Assembly (NCBI GenBank): GCA_026026165.1
Contig: JAPEUD010000053.1
Location: 1 to 64,000, forward strand
DNA: 64,000 bases
Origin: Sarea resinae
Lineage: Eukaryota
Direction: 5' to 3'
Below, one piece after another: positions 12,867 to 25,027 of the stretch. Made by a program: the position numbers and the translations under genes. The notes beneath the pieces were generated by a model. The model did no database searches, was not told where the DNA came from, and saw only the letters and a program-made list of their open reading frames with translations. Numbering within the stretch: the first letter of the stretch is position 1; every line of letters begins with the position of its first letter.

Positions 12867-13536
12867 ATTGTTTTACATAGTGGGGACGGTGGATGGTTAA
12901 ATTGCGCGCTTGGACTGCTTCTGCTGTTCGTCCTTCACATCTCAGAACGGAGTAAGGAAGGGAGCCTCGACATTGATGAAGAAATGGATTGCGCCTGGAG
13001 ATGTGTTCTCGCGCAATTGATGGACCATTTATCATCTCTGAGTTGTTGGCGCTTGGCCATTGCTTCCTTAATCACGTACATTAGATCTTTAATACACTCC
13101 TACGTAGTACCAATGCTCGTGATGACGCCAAGGCGTCTGCTGCTCCTAGATTAGTAGATGAAAGCGTCCTGGATGACGTGAGGACAGGGCATTGAATTGA
13201 ATGTTCTGGTTTTTTCTCTCTTTCCCGTGATGGTACTTAGCTTACAATACTAAGGAGGTCAAGTCAGTATGACTCTAAGACCACACTGTAGATGTTGCAA
13301 TAGAAGACTACAGTACTTATGTATTGCTTGGGTGCTGTGTTATTCCGGTCGCTGACGTTGAGGCTGCGAGCTGGCGGCTGTCTCTTCGGCTTGGCAGCGA
13401 ATCGTTCCGAGCCCCAGATTGCCGATCCAGGAACACCTTCACCACATCATCCTACGGCTTTTCGCTCCCACCCTCACTCACGCGATCCTCCACCAGCCAT
13501 TGAACGAGCTCTCGTCGCAAACAACGTGAGCTTGCC

Positions 13537-15673
13537 ATGCTGCGTGTCTCCATCCTCTCGGGCAGAAGGCTCGTGGCCGGGCCAGCGGTGTCCCGAATCG
13601 GAAGCCCATGGCTTGCTGTTCGAGGAGCGAATGCTGCTGTCGTTGGTCAGGTAGGCAAATTTTCAAACACTGCCATCACGAGAGGCTTTTGAAGTGTACC
13701 AACTGACCAATTCCGTGAACAGAAGCGATTCTTTGCGGACAAAAAGGATGGTGAGAAGGAGAGCATACATGATTCGAATGCCGCGGTTCTACCAGGGTCA
13801 CAGAGCACGACTACATCGCATCCGACACCATCCACGCCTGGCGCTATCCATCCCATCTCACCCGGATCTCCATCACCAGCCGCTCCGAGCAGCAATCCCA
13901 TGATTCCGCCCGAGAACGTCCCTCTTACGCCGCCTGCTCCGCCTGGGGGGAAGCAACAGACCGCACCACCGACCTCCATTCCTCCGAGTACAGCAGCTTC
14001 TGTCCCGCCAATCCCTCCCCCAGGGTCATCAGGCTCAAAATCTCTGCCGCCTCCTGCTCCGAAACGAAAGCCGCGCCGGTTTCGCCGGTTCCTTTACACT
14101 TTGACATTGCTTACCGGTCTCGGCTACGCTGGCGGTGTCTACTATTCCTTGATCTCCGATGAATTCCATGACATCTTCACGGAGTACGTGCCATTCGGCG
14201 AAGACATAGTATTATACTTTGAGGAGCGAGAATTCCATCGCCGATTCCCGAATGCTGCAGCTGGCCCAAATCGTATGACTCGGCCCCCCCGAGAAGAGGG
14301 CAACAAAGTCACTATACCTAGTAACAGTGGCCTTTCATGGAGGGTCGTCGATGAGGAGAGCTCAGGGGACAAGGGGCCACATGTGAGTGCTGTTCAACGG
14401 CCAGCAGAACCTGGAAAGGAGGAAGCGAAGCCGGTGGCTCCTGCGCCGAAGGCAAAGGAAGAGCCGAAACCGGCAGCACCTAGCAAGTCCACCACAGCCA
14501 TCGATCCTCTCAACATCGAAGCGGCAAACGAGCCAGTGGTCCAAGACCTTGTCAAGATTATCAACAACATCATCACGGTGGTCAATGCAGACCAGGCTTC
14601 CGAGAAGTACGCGTCCGCTATCAACAGTGCGAAGGCGGAGTTCGAGGCCGTTGGAGGTAGGATCAAGAGCTTGAAGGATGCCGAGAAAAAGGCCGCCGAA
14701 GATAAAATCAGAGCAAGCCACGAGGAGTTTGACAAGGGTGCGAAGGAGCTTGTTAGACGCCTGGAGGAGGAGATGCGTGAACAGGAGGCACGCTGGAAGG
14801 AGGAATTCGAAGCCGAGCGCGAAAAGCTCTCCGAATCGTACAGTGCGAGACTGAAGGCTGAGCTGGAGCGTTCCAACCAAGTCTCCGAGCAACGGCTCCG
14901 GAACCAACTTCTCGAGCAAGCCATCGAGATGAAGCGCAAGTTCATCGACGACGTCAAGGAGCGCGTCGAGCAGGAGCGGGATGGTCGGCTTGGCAAGCTC
15001 TCGGAACTTTCTACCAGCGTCTCCGAGCTTGAGAAGCTCACCACTGACTGGAACTCGGTCGTCGATGCGAATCTCAAGACGCAACATCTCCATGTTGCTG
15101 TGGAGGCCGTGCGCGCGAACCTTGAGAAAGCTGATCGGCCACGCCCGTTCGTCCGCGAACTCGCCGCTCTCAAGGAGATTGCCTCTGACGACCCTGTGGT
15201 CAACGCCGCTATCGCATCGATCAACCCTTCTGCCTACCAGCGTGGTATTTCTACACCAGCTCAGCTCATCGACCGTTTCCGTCGAGTAGCTGGCGAAGTT
15301 CGCAAGGCTTCCTTGCTACCCGAAGATGCCGGTATCGCGAGCCATGCGGCAAGCTTCGTGCTGAGCAAATTCATGTTCAAGAAGAAGGGGCTGGCCGTGG
15401 GCGATGACGTAGAGAGTGTGCTGACACGCACAGAGACTTTCCTGGAAGAGGGCAATCTGGATGAGGCTGCACGCGAAATGAACGGCTTACAAGGCTGGGC
15501 AAAGACTCTGAGCAAAGACTGGCTGGGCGAGGTTCGCAAGGTTCTTGAGGTGCAACAAGCTCTCGATGTAAGTCTTCCATACTATCGCGTGCCTCAAAGA
15601 TCGCATATTAATTTCTCCTCCTTTCCAGGTCATTGCTACCGAAGCCCGACTTCAGAGTTTACGGGTCGACTAG
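13537..15673 (+). CDS. MIC60: MICOS subunit Mic60 / mitofilin (2 introns)
   Basis: Arg-rich presequence, single TM followed by FHDIFTEYVPFGE, long coiled coil, mitofilin end AAREMNGLQGWAKTLSKDWL..LD|VIATEARLQSLRVD*. Confidence 0.95.
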
Positions 15674-16608
15674 ATATTTCCTACTTACCTTTTTCCTTTG
15701 CTTCAGAGTATCTGTGCAGCTCGTCTGAGACATGGTCGAGCTGTTACAAATAAGCGTCGCAGTCGCCAGCAGATCCAGGATTCGTAACACTTGCAGGAAC
15801 GTGTCGCCGATGTTCAAAGAGACGCACAATAGGACGAGCAGGCCCGTTGAGATGGAGGGAAGTGTTTCGCGCTCGTTCGCGCCCGTCCTCGTCAATGGCA
15901 CGAGAGCGTCGGTGGACGCCGTTGCGGAAGATAGAGAGATGTCGTGTATTCTAGCATTGCAAATAGCCCTACCTTGTCCATCTAGAGGTCTTCATACCGT
16001 GATCGAAGACATTCTTCCCGAGGCCGCAACGGCCATTCGATACGGTCTCATGATATTGTGGTGAAGAGCATACTCGGAGTAGAGGTACCGTACACAAGCG
16101 TTACCTACATCTCGAGTATCTCCTGCCCACCTGTAGCACCAAGCAGTACCTGCATCGCCGGTACAGGTACCTCCCTTCGGTATTGACGCCTCCTGCGCCG
16201 GCCATCCTGTCAATTATCACAAGCTCCAGATACAAGCCATCCATGGTTCGATCGAACGGAGGTGGAGTAGCCGTCACATCGTCACATCCATCGTCATGGA
16301 GTCAACAATGAAAGCATCGACACGTCCATAGCCACCATAGCTCCTCATTCTCTCCTGGAGGGCATTCCCGACGTCCGAACTACACATACTTCTCTTCCAA
16401 CTCTCATCATCTATCATCTTCGGAGATTGCCTCTTCTCCTCATCTGCATGCACCCTGTGTTTGCGCTCTAGGATATGCCTCATCGATGGTCCATCTCAAC
16501 GGCCTATACTGTCTCTACTTTGGCCAAGCGTCACTCGCCCATGCACCTGCCTAGAGCGATCGCCGCGGATTCTTCTTCCACAGCCACTCGCGCCTCAATG
16601 CCATCACA

Positions 16609-19600
16609 ATGTCAGGTCGGTCGATAGGTCAGAGCGACCCAGCTCGGTCTTCATTTTCCTCACCATCGTCTCCTGCTTCATCCTCGACCCGCCACTCCAC
16701 TTCTTCTCCGGTGGCGCGGGACTTTCACCACCGTGGCCAAGAGTCTTCACAGATGAACACTGGCTCCCCCCGAGAGGACGAACCCATCGGTCAAAGTCGG
16801 GAATGGGATCAGGAGGATCGGCCCCGTTCCAGTGGAGTTCGGGGCAACAGACATCATGCACAAAGCTCTGGTGGCTTTCTGCTGGACAACTCGTTTAGCC
16901 TAAGCCGAGGGTTCCGACAAAGACAGCACGATGGCAAAGGGAAAAGAAGGCGGGACACCATTCCGGACCGTGCATCGGATCAAGCGTCGAGCGGATCTCG
17001 CCATCGGCAAACGGAGTCATCTCCCCTAGCACACGAGGTCACAAAAGGTCGGTCAGTGCCCCCGGAGCAAGGGAGTGAAGACGACTTCCGCGACATAGAT
17101 GATGCCTCATCAAGGCCATCGAGCTCCAGCTATGAACCAAATACCGGGGTGCTCCGTGATGGAGAATATGGACAGAGGCCTAGACAGTCGATTGAGAGCA
17201 GAAGCTCCGCAACAGCGGCAGCGCCAGCCCAAGTTCTGGATACAGATCCCGCCCAGATCGTCAACTTAGCTCTCAACCTAAGCCAAAGCCGACGAAATGT
17301 CAGTGGAGGGCGACTTGCTCCTGTGAATGCTATAAATCACCGAAGAATCTCATCTGCCGGCCAGGCTCCTCCGCCTGCTGCCTTACAGAATGGATTCTAT
17401 GGTGGTGGAGGTGGAGGCGGAAGTGGTGGTGGCAGTCTCCGGGAGCATCTGAATCAACAGCGTCGCATATCACGAAATCTATCTCCGACCACGCGCAACT
17501 TTTCAGGTCCTCCAGTAGGTTCGCCTCATCTGGTTAGTCAACAGCCCGAGAACCTTCCCTGGCAGAGTCCATCATCATACGATCAAAACCAAGCATACGA
17601 GTATGCATTCTCTCCGTCAACGCTATCCCGCTCAGAAAAGGCGCAAAGGATGTTTGATCTTGCTGCGGAATATAGGCGGCTTCTTCAATATCTACCTCCG
17701 TTGAAGCCTGGCGCACCTTCAACATCAGAAGGGATTCCCAAGTTGCCGAATTCACCTGATGGTTCAGAGCCCCAGCGTCCTGCCTCGCGTGTAAACTCAG
17801 CAACGACCGACACTCCTGAGCTGGGCCGGCATTATAACCCCCTACAGTGCATTCGAAATCGCAAAGTACGAGCTCGCGAAAGACAGACAATCGACTACGA
17901 GGCCGGAGGTTTCACCGACCTTGGAAAGGTGAAGGAATGGGTAGGACGGATAGAGGATGAAGCTGCACGGCCTACTTTCTCTGGACACGCACATGTACCG
18001 CTCTTACCGTTCGATTCGATGAAGGAAGCAGAAGAAAGTGGCCAATCGTCATCAGCTGCTGGAGGCCATCGGCGAGGTGGAAGTGTCCAGACTAAGCCTA
18101 AGCGGCCCCGAATGGACTGGTTCATCCATCCAGCTGAGTTTATAGCGGATGCATTATGGCTAGAACAAGGAGATAATAGAGCGCTCATCGAGGACCGTGA
18201 AGGGAATAAATTATACCCGCAGGAGGGGCGTCTTTCTTCCCCTAGAACAAGCCGCCGGACTCCTTTCCGACCATCCTCGCCCGAAGAGAACTTCGTCAGC
18301 GGACCCGAGATCCCGTATAAGGTGCCACCCTCAGCGGGTCAGAAACGCCGTGGGGGTAAATCTGGAGATGGCCGTGGCCGCCGCCGTCAGCGATCAAGAG
18401 AGTCTGCGACAAGCTTTTCTGATAATGGAGGCCGACAAAGACGACGTAAATGGCTCAGCGACAGGTCTCGCACCCGCAGTTCATCGAGTTCTTCGTCTGA
18501 CGAAGGCAGCGTCAGCAGCCGGATAAAAACGCGCAGGCCAAATACAGCTGGTCACCAGGACATGGAATGTGTTGCTCTGGAGAAGCAAATGATGGAAATG
18601 CTGGAGAAAGAGACAAAAGAAGACGATTTGGAGCATGGCAAGGGGTCGGTGCCGCCAGATGGACGAGATATCGGAGACGTCAAGCTTTCCGATGGCCGTC
18701 AATCCTTTGAAGCTAACAGGGGGAGCTTGGACCGAGGCGGAGATAATCGCGGCTCTGCTACAGGCTCTGATCGAGATATCTCAAATCGGGGCGATGAAAA
18801 ACGCCCTATCCCGAGCATCGAGGTCGAGTCGTTGTCAGAGTCTAGTCCACAGGTGTCATCGCCCCTGAATGGAAAACTGTGGAGAAGGGGTTCTTCTGGA
18901 TTAGTAGAAAGTAAAGAGATGGATGCCATAAGCGAGAACGATTTCGCAATGGAGGACGAAGATGCTTATGCTTCGCGCCAACCCAGTCCCGAGGCCGCAA
19001 TGCAGCGACAATCAAGCATGGAAAATGAGGAGCCACCTAGTCCAACGAAGAAGTTCGCCCCTCGAGTTGGAAGGGGTCGTCATCGATACAGCAAAAGTTT
19101 CGACAGCACACGTAGAGACTCCAATGAAGCAGAAAAAGACCCCGTTTCTCGTGTGCGAGGAATGTTCAAGGGCACCAAACTTGAGGCCATCAAGAACGAA
19201 GTATCCTCCAAGGTCGGTGATCTGTTGTGGAAGAAGGACGGCACAGCAAGCAGTCGGCCTCCTTCGTCGCGTGCTGCATCGAGCTTTGCCGGTGACACAA
19301 CTGACTCTGAGGCCGAGCCCTCAGGTCTGGAAACGTCGAAGCGACATAAGCCGGAAGCGTATGCAATCGAAGAAGAGGGAGACGAAAATGGGCAGGAATC
19401 TCGTGCTACCGCTCACGGGAATGAGCCAAAGTACCATTTAAGCAATCTGCCGACCTTCCAATCTCAAGAGGCTGGCCAGTCACCTTCAGATATGGACCAG
19501 ATCTCTCGTCAGAACACGCCTCTAGGACGATCACCACTATCGGAGAAGCTTGCGCCTCCAAGGATCGACGTGCAAGACGTGTCCGCATCCTCGTCAGAGC

Positions 19601-20499
19601 TAGACCTATCGCGCACGCAGACTCGAGACACTGAAGGATCTTATCTTGATCCACAGGGCACTAGCTACCTGTCAGGTTACCGATCGGATGGAGAATCGCC
19701 GGATCCGCCGGCCGGCGTCCATAGTGCTGATCAGCGTCTCAATTCTGTTCTCGGCCTGCCAGGAACTATTGGGGCCCGTCGACTTCCAGTGACCGGCCTT
19801 GCTCATCTCGGCGTCACTCGTAGCCGTAGCCCAACGGGTCGGCCAACGCTGGAAGGAAAGCGTCAATGGAGTATCACAGATAAACCCGTCCCTGTTGTGA
19901 AACCTCCTGCCACCCGGCAAGAAGTCGGCCGCGTGGCTGCACTTTTGCTCTCGTCGGGCATCAAAGCCAGGCAGATTAATCGTCGTGCAGATGAGATCCG
20001 GACCCCAGGTCCTGAATATCTGCAAGACATCCTCAAGGGCCCGAATCAAAGTGTGGTCCGCTCGCAGGAGGCCATGTTCGCCGCTCGAGCCATCTCAAAC
20101 GAGATACAAGTCATCACCAGCCAATTTGAGTTTACCGCCCAGAAATTCTCCAATACTACCGTCAATGGGCTTCTTGACCAAATCAACGGCATCTCCGATC
20201 GCATCTCCACGGAACTTACGAGTCACGCACGATCGTCGGCCGATGATGCAGATACCTTTGTCTACGAATTGACCACCACGCATACGCTGGCCATCAAACG
20301 GATCAACGACAGTCTCGATAGCATGCTTCGAAGACGACGGCGCAGGATCAGGTGGATGAGGAGAGCGGGATACGTGCTTCTCGAATGGGCCCTCTTGGGC
20401 ATCATGTGGTGGGTTTGGCTGATCGTCGTTCTGGTGCGGTTCGTCAGGGGAACGGTTTGTGGAGTGGTGAGAGCGGTCAAGTGGGTTTTATGGCTATGA
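16609..20499 (+). CDS. Mtc4-like (maintenance of telomere capping) protein, 1296 aa, C-terminal TM
   Basis: Uninterrupted ORF; HYNPLQCIRNRKVRARER and RPRMDW..P.E..ADA.WLEQ blocks; C-terminal GYVLLEWALLGIMWWVWL; family recalled from motif. Confidence 0.7.
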   Translation: MSGRSIGQSDPARSSFSSPSSPASSSTRHSTSSPVARDFHHRGQESSQMNTGSPREDEPIGQSREWDQEDRPRSSGVRGNRHHAQSSGGFLLDNSFSLSRGFRQRQHDGKGKRRRDTIPDRASDQASSGSRHRQTESSPLAHEVTKGRSVPPEQGSEDDFRDIDDASSRPSSSSYEPNTGVLRDGEYGQRPRQSIESRSSATAAAPAQVLDTDPAQIVNLALNLSQSRRNVSGGRLAPVNAINHRRISSAGQAPPPAALQNGFYGGGGGGGSGGGSLREHLNQQRRISRNLSPTTRNFSGPPVGSPHLVSQQPENLPWQSPSSYDQNQAYEYAFSPSTLSRSEKAQRMFDLAAEYRRLLQYLPPLKPGAPSTSEGIPKLPNSPDGSEPQRPASRVNSATTDTPELGRHYNPLQCIRNRKVRARERQTIDYEAGGFTDLGKVKEWVGRIEDEAARPTFSGHAHVPLLPFDSMKEAEESGQSSSAAGGHRRGGSVQTKPKRPRMDWFIHPAEFIADALWLEQGDNRALIEDREGNKLYPQEGRLSSPRTSRRTPFRPSSPEENFVSGPEIPYKVPPSAGQKRRGGKSGDGRGRRRQRSRESATSFSDNGGRQRRRKWLSDRSRTRSSSSSSSDEGSVSSRIKTRRPNTAGHQDMECVALEKQMMEMLEKETKEDDLEHGKGSVPPDGRDIGDVKLSDGRQSFEANRGSLDRGGDNRGSATGSDRDISNRGDEKRPIPSIEVESLSESSPQVSSPLNGKLWRRGSSGLVESKEMDAISENDFAMEDEDAYASRQPSPEAAMQRQSSMENEEPPSPTKKFAPRVGRGRHRYSKSFDSTRRDSNEAEKDPVSRVRGMFKGTKLEAIKNEVSSKVGDLLWKKDGTASSRPPSSRAASSFAGDTTDSEAEPSGLETSKRHKPEAYAIEEEGDENGQESRATAHGNEPKYHLSNLPTFQSQEAGQSPSDMDQISRQNTPLGRSPLSEKLAPPRIDVQDVSASSSELDLSRTQTRDTEGSYLDPQGTSYLSGYRSDGESPDPPAGVHSADQRLNSVLGLPGTIGARRLPVTGLAHLGVTRSRSPTGRPTLEGKRQWSITDKPVPVVKPPATRQEVGRVAALLLSSGIKARQINRRADEIRTPGPEYLQDILKGPNQSVVRSQEAMFAARAISNEIQVITSQFEFTAQKFSNTTVNGLLDQINGISDRISTELTSHARSSADDADTFVYELTTTHTLAIKRINDSLDSMLRRRRRRIRWMRRAGYVLLEWALLGIMWWVWLIVVLVRFVRGTVCGVVRAVKWVLWL

Positions 20500-21037
20500 G
20501 TCTATGAGTAACTGTCATTCTTTTGATCAACCTTTTCATTCTCTTCTTTTGCATAGCGTGGACGTTTTCTCTTTGCTGTTCTGTTATTATTCCCTTGACA
20601 TACCAGATCGTGACTCTGTATTATTCTCTTGTTGGGGCGTTGGTGCAGAATGGAGGGTCACTTGTCAAGTATTATTATTATTATCATCATCATCATCAAT
20701 ATTCATGCATCCTGAGGCACTTCTCTCATCAGGCTGCCTCCTTTTGAAACGTGTCTCTCTGGCATATTCATTCCCAGCTGGAACTCTCGAGATATTGTAT
20801 GTTTGGAGGTGAACTGGCATGTGGCTACCCGAAACGGAAGCTCTAGAATTAGCGAATTGATATCACCAAGCCGTAAGCTCGTCGACCTCAACACCATACA
20901 TGTCAACATTCTCATTTCGTGATGCCCGGGCCAAGTCAATCAAGCCACAACATGATTAGATTTATAGAAGAGCAGCATCAATGATCGAACGATGATCCTT
21001 CACAGGCTCGTCATCTTCACCAGGTCTCACTCTCACA

Positions 21038-22339
21038 ATGACCTCCTTGTTCGATCCTCGTCGCCCTAGATCTTCCGCCCTCCCCTCCATCCTGACTCTC
21101 CTCTGTCTTCTCCTCCAGCTCCTCGTCCTTCCAACCTCGTCGAAAGCCTACTCCACCCTCTCCGACGAGACCCTCTCCTCACTGCCTCTCGACACTTCCG
21201 ACTTTGACATCCACACCGGGCCGCTCCTCGCTCCCATCCTGCGTCCCCGTGTCCCAGGCACGGCAGGCTCCACTGCAGTCCTCGCGCACTTCCTCACTTT
21301 CTTCTCCTCCTCTCTCCCGCAATGGAACCTGACGCTCCACAACACCACCGCAACGACGCCAGCCACAGGCTCATCCCCGATCCCCTTCGTCAACCTCATC
21401 GCCACCCGCGACCCACCATGGGCCCTGCAAGGCTCCACGGGCCGCCTCGCCCTGGTCGCGCACTACGACTCTAAATTCTCCCCACCGGGCTTCATCGGCG
21501 CAACCGACAGCGCGGCGCCCTGCGCAATGCTCCTCCAGATCGCGCGCACAATCGATAGCGAGCTAACGGCCAAATGGGCCTCGATGGCGGCCTCGGCCCT
21601 CGCCGACCCCAACCTCGCCCCGGGCGCCCTGTCCGACGCACAGCAAGCCGAACAAGGGATCCAGATCCTGCTGCTCGACGGCGAAGAGGCGTTCGTGTCC
21701 TGGACGGCCACGGACTCGCTCTACGGCGCGCGCGCCCTCGCCGAATCATGGGCGTCGTCCTTCCACCCGGCCCTGTCGACCTACACCAACCCGCTGGACT
21801 CGATCCGGCTCTTCGTGCTGCTCGACCTGCTCGGCGCGGCGAACCCGAAAGTGCCCTCGTACTTCCGCACCACGCACTGGGCGTACCAGCGGCTGGCGAC
21901 GCTCGAGACGCGCCTGCGCGGCCTCGGCCGCATGCAGTCCTCGCGCCCGTTCCTCCCCGACGCCAACAAGCCCGACGGCACCCGCTTCCCGAGCTTCAGC
22001 ATCGAGGACGACCATATCCCCTTCATGGCTCGCGGCGTCGACGTCCTGCATCTCATCCCCTCGCCCTTTCCCGCCGTCTGGCATCGCCCCGAGGACGATG
22101 GCGAACATTTGGATATCGAGACCGTGGGCGATTGGGCCCGGCTCGTGACGGCGTTTGTGGGCGAGTGGATGGGCCTCGAGACTTTTGGGGTGGGTGGGGA
22201 TGAGGGTGGGGATGGTGGTGATAGGGCACGCAAGAGGGGCAAGAGATATCATGCCGCTGTTGCTGATAATAATGACGGTGACGATGACGATAATGATGGT
22301 GGTGGCAAGCAATTCGCGAGGAGTAAGACGGAGTTATGA
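21038..22339 (+). CDS. Glutaminyl-peptide cyclotransferase (M28 family), secretory pathway
   Basis: N-terminal signal; AHYDSK, GATDSAAPCAML, DGEEAF, SLYGAR, LLDLLG, IEDDHIPF, FPAVWH; ends KTEL. Confidence 0.93.
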   Translation: MTSLFDPRRPRSSALPSILTLLCLLLQLLVLPTSSKAYSTLSDETLSSLPLDTSDFDIHTGPLLAPILRPRVPGTAGSTAVLAHFLTFFSSSLPQWNLTLHNTTATTPATGSSPIPFVNLIATRDPPWALQGSTGRLALVAHYDSKFSPPGFIGATDSAAPCAMLLQIARTIDSELTAKWASMAASALADPNLAPGALSDAQQAEQGIQILLLDGEEAFVSWTATDSLYGARALAESWASSFHPALSTYTNPLDSIRLFVLLDLLGAANPKVPSYFRTTHWAYQRLATLETRLRGLGRMQSSRPFLPDANKPDGTRFPSFSIEDDHIPFMARGVDVLHLIPSPFPAVWHRPEDDGEHLDIETVGDWARLVTAFVGEWMGLETFGVGGDEGGDGGDRARKRGKRYHAAVADNNDGDDDDNDGGGKQFARSKTEL

Positions 22340-22834
22340 ATCTCCTTTTTGTTCTGTTCTTTCCCTTTTCAATCTACGCTATTTTGGTTTCTCTCTTTCT
22401 CTCTTTTCCTGGATGTTTCTCCTGTGCCTGTCTGTATTCTGTATTCTGTAGCCTGTAGCCTGTGGCTCAGATCTGTACTATTAATCTAAGACGCACTGGT
22501 TTTTTTTCTATCTATCTATTTGATTCTGGTGTCTTGTGTCTGGTATCTAGTATCTAGTGTGTACTGTCTATCCACTCATCCACCTATCCTCTCTCTACCA
22601 TATCAATCAACCATACCAAGAATCACTCATTGCATACATAGACCGATCTTGACTTGACTTGACATGACGACCCCCTGCGGTGCCGACTGACTAATTGACT
22701 GACTGACCGACTGACTCTATAGGAACGTGTGGTTTTCGCTTGGCTTGTTTTGCTCTTCTCTCTGCCGTTGTTGGGAAGGTTCTGTGGATTTTTCGTGATC
22801 ATTATCGCGAGTATTTCTTGGTATCGGCGTCGTC

Positions 22835-25027
22835 TCAGGCGTGGTTGTCATAATCGGCATCGTCGTCGTCGTCGTTTTCATTATCGTTGTTGTTGTCGCC
22901 ATCTCCGCCGTGCTCATCTTCATTATTGTCATCATTATCCTCCTCGTCGTCGTCTTCGTCTTCGTTGTCGTCGTTAGCACCCGTTACTGCATCGCTACCA
23001 CGTCCAACCACCCCATCATCTTCATCTTCATCGTCAACGCGGAGAGGCTTCTTTTTCCTGCCGGCCCCCCTCCAGCCTCTTCGCGCGCGGATCGGGCAGA
23101 GGAATCCGTCAATGTGGATACCGTCGGCGTCTCGTTCGCTGCCATCTCCTTCATCATCTCCTTCACCCTCTCCATCTCCATCATCTTCCTCGCTCATCTC
23201 CGCGTCTCCATCCACCCCTACCCCACGCGCCCGCCCATCTCGCACTTCGATCACGCTAGCCTTGGAAGACGACGACGACGACGAGACAAAGTTCATGCCC
23301 TCGCCAAAGAGAGATGAGCATCTCTCCGCGACCCGGAGGATGGTTCGGGGTTCGAAGGCGTGCGAGGCCAGCGCTAGGCTGAGCACTGTGGACCAGTCGT
23401 TTGGGTTGGGGGGTTGGTGGCTGTCGCGGCTGTCGCGCTTGTCGCGGCGGGGATGGATGGGAGGTTTGATCGAGTGTGACGGCGATGGAGACCGGGATGG
23501 AGATGGAGATGCGGAGTGGGTGGTTGAGAGTGAGGCATGGCGTTTAGTGGATGGGCTGGGACCAAACGCGTTCGCGGTCTGGGTCTCGCGCAGGCGCCGC
23601 CGCATCAGGTAGTATGACTCTCCTGGGAGCGGTGTCGGGTAGATGCGCGGACGTCCTCTCCCTCGGCCTTGTTTCGGAGGACTGGCGTCTCCCTCTTCGA
23701 GATCGGGGTGGTCTGTTCCGGTGCCACTTATGGTGGATGGAGTGATGACGGGCTGTATAAGGTCCTTGCGAGGACGACCCCGGCCACGTTTTATAGATCT
23801 GCTGGCTTCGGTCGCCAAAGCTTCGGTGGCGTGCGACGGGGCAGGCGTCTTCATCTTCGGCTCGGGCTTGCGCTCGGCCTCTCGTTTTCTCTTCTTCGTG
23901 CTGCTGGTGTGTGCATGTCGTGATGTGCGTGGGGGAGGGGTGGCGGTGGCGTTGGCATATGTCTGGCGTGCTTGGTGGAGCGATACGAGAAGTGTATCTA
24001 GGCTCGTGAGGACGTGGCGGATGGATGGTTTCAGGATCTCATGCGAACGGTCGTCGTCGGCGGAGATGAGCGGTCTTGGCTCTTGTTTAGGTGCCTGGTC
24101 ATTGACACTGTCTTGGTCGTGGTCGTGGTCGTTATTCTGTTCCTGTTCCTGATCCCGATCCTGTTCCTGTTCCCGATCCTGTCCCTGATCCCGATCCTGT
24201 TCCTGATCCCGATCCTGTTCCTGTTCCTGACCCTGATCTTGGCTATGGCCAGGATCAGGGTTAGGGTCAGGGTCAGGGTCATCTTCCGTCTTGTCTCTTG
24301 CATTCAGCACATCTTCTGCCTCCGACTCCGACTCTCGCGCCTCGAACCTCTCCTTCGCGATCCGTAGTCCCACGCCCACCAACACGTCTTCCAACCATGC
24401 ACTCGGTTTCTCCCCTCTTTCCGGCCCACCACTTAATACCCCAGCTTGCTCGTCATCCTCGTTGGCACCCCAGTCTCCAAAACCCTCTCCTTCCCTCGGC
24501 ACAGCTGCCGGTGGCATGGGCCACGCTGTCCACCCCGGCCCCGGATACCACTCCCTCGTATTCCCAACCCATCTCTCTTTACTCCTGTATTCCTTGCCCC
24601 GTTCCAATCCCCTCATAGCCGCCGGACGCAGTCGTCTCTTGAGTCCATGCGCACCATACAGGTGCAGACTCAAGTCCTCAGCGCGAAGCTGGTCGAGACT
24701 AGCCGCCAGGAGGCGCTCGGCATGCGTCCAGCGACGGTAGGTTTTGTGCGGCCCATGGTAGACGTTGGGCCGTTCATATTCTTCCTCGAAGTCGTTGTTC
24801 TCGAGTACTGAATGGACGGCCTCGTCTTCGTCTTCTTCTTCGACGATCGAGGATAGTCCGCCGCCAAATCGGAGCGAAGGATCTCTATCCTCGTCTGTGT
24901 GTGGGCTGTCATTTTCTGCGTAGTCTGGATCTAATAGCGGATCGTGTTGGGCGTATTCTTCGTAGGGCTGAGACGAGCTCGCGGGCCGTGGTGCTGGGAC
25001 TGGCCCGTCGCCGCCGAAGAGCGACAT
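22835..25027 (-). CDS. Rrn9-domain RNA polymerase I upstream activation factor subunit with AT-hooks
   Basis: ERLLAASLDQLRAEDLSLHLYGAHGLK..WYPGPGWTAWP resembles the Rrn9 domain; two GRGRPR AT-hooks; acidic repeats. Confidence 0.75.
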   Translation of the reverse strand: MSLFGGDGPVPAPRPASSSQPYEEYAQHDPLLDPDYAENDSPHTDEDRDPSLRFGGGLSSIVEEEDEDEAVHSVLENNDFEEEYERPNVYHGPHKTYRRWTHAERLLAASLDQLRAEDLSLHLYGAHGLKRRLRPAAMRGLERGKEYRSKERWVGNTREWYPGPGWTAWPMPPAAVPREGEGFGDWGANEDDEQAGVLSGGPERGEKPSAWLEDVLVGVGLRIAKERFEARESESEAEDVLNARDKTEDDPDPDPNPDPGHSQDQGQEQEQDRDQEQDRDQGQDREQEQDRDQEQEQNNDHDHDQDSVNDQAPKQEPRPLISADDDRSHEILKPSIRHVLTSLDTLLVSLHQARQTYANATATPPPRTSRHAHTSSTKKRKREAERKPEPKMKTPAPSHATEALATEASRSIKRGRGRPRKDLIQPVITPSTISGTGTDHPDLEEGDASPPKQGRGRGRPRIYPTPLPGESYYLMRRRLRETQTANAFGPSPSTKRHASLSTTHSASPSPSRSPSPSHSIKPPIHPRRDKRDSRDSHQPPNPNDWSTVLSLALASHAFEPRTILRVAERCSSLFGEGMNFVSSSSSSSKASVIEVRDGRARGVGVDGDAEMSEEDDGDGEGEGDDEGDGSERDADGIHIDGFLCPIRARRGWRGAGRKKKPLRVDDEDEDDGVVGRGSDAVTGANDDNEDEDDDEEDNDDNNEDEHGGDGDNNNDNENDDDDDADYDNHA
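24115..24282 (-). repeat. Coding tandem repeat (18-nt DQEQDR-type units plus DP repeats) inside the Rrn9-domain gene
   Basis: Repeated cctgatcccgatcctgtt units on + strand. Confidence 0.85.

Noticed and set aside
13119..13200. GTGATGA C-box-like motif, possible C/D snoRNA
   Set aside because: No CTGA D box at a suitable distance and no terminal stem
24255..24280. Telomere-like AGGGTT/AGGGTC hexamers
   Set aside because: They encode the DPDPDPNP repeat of the RRN9-domain protein; no telomerase template context
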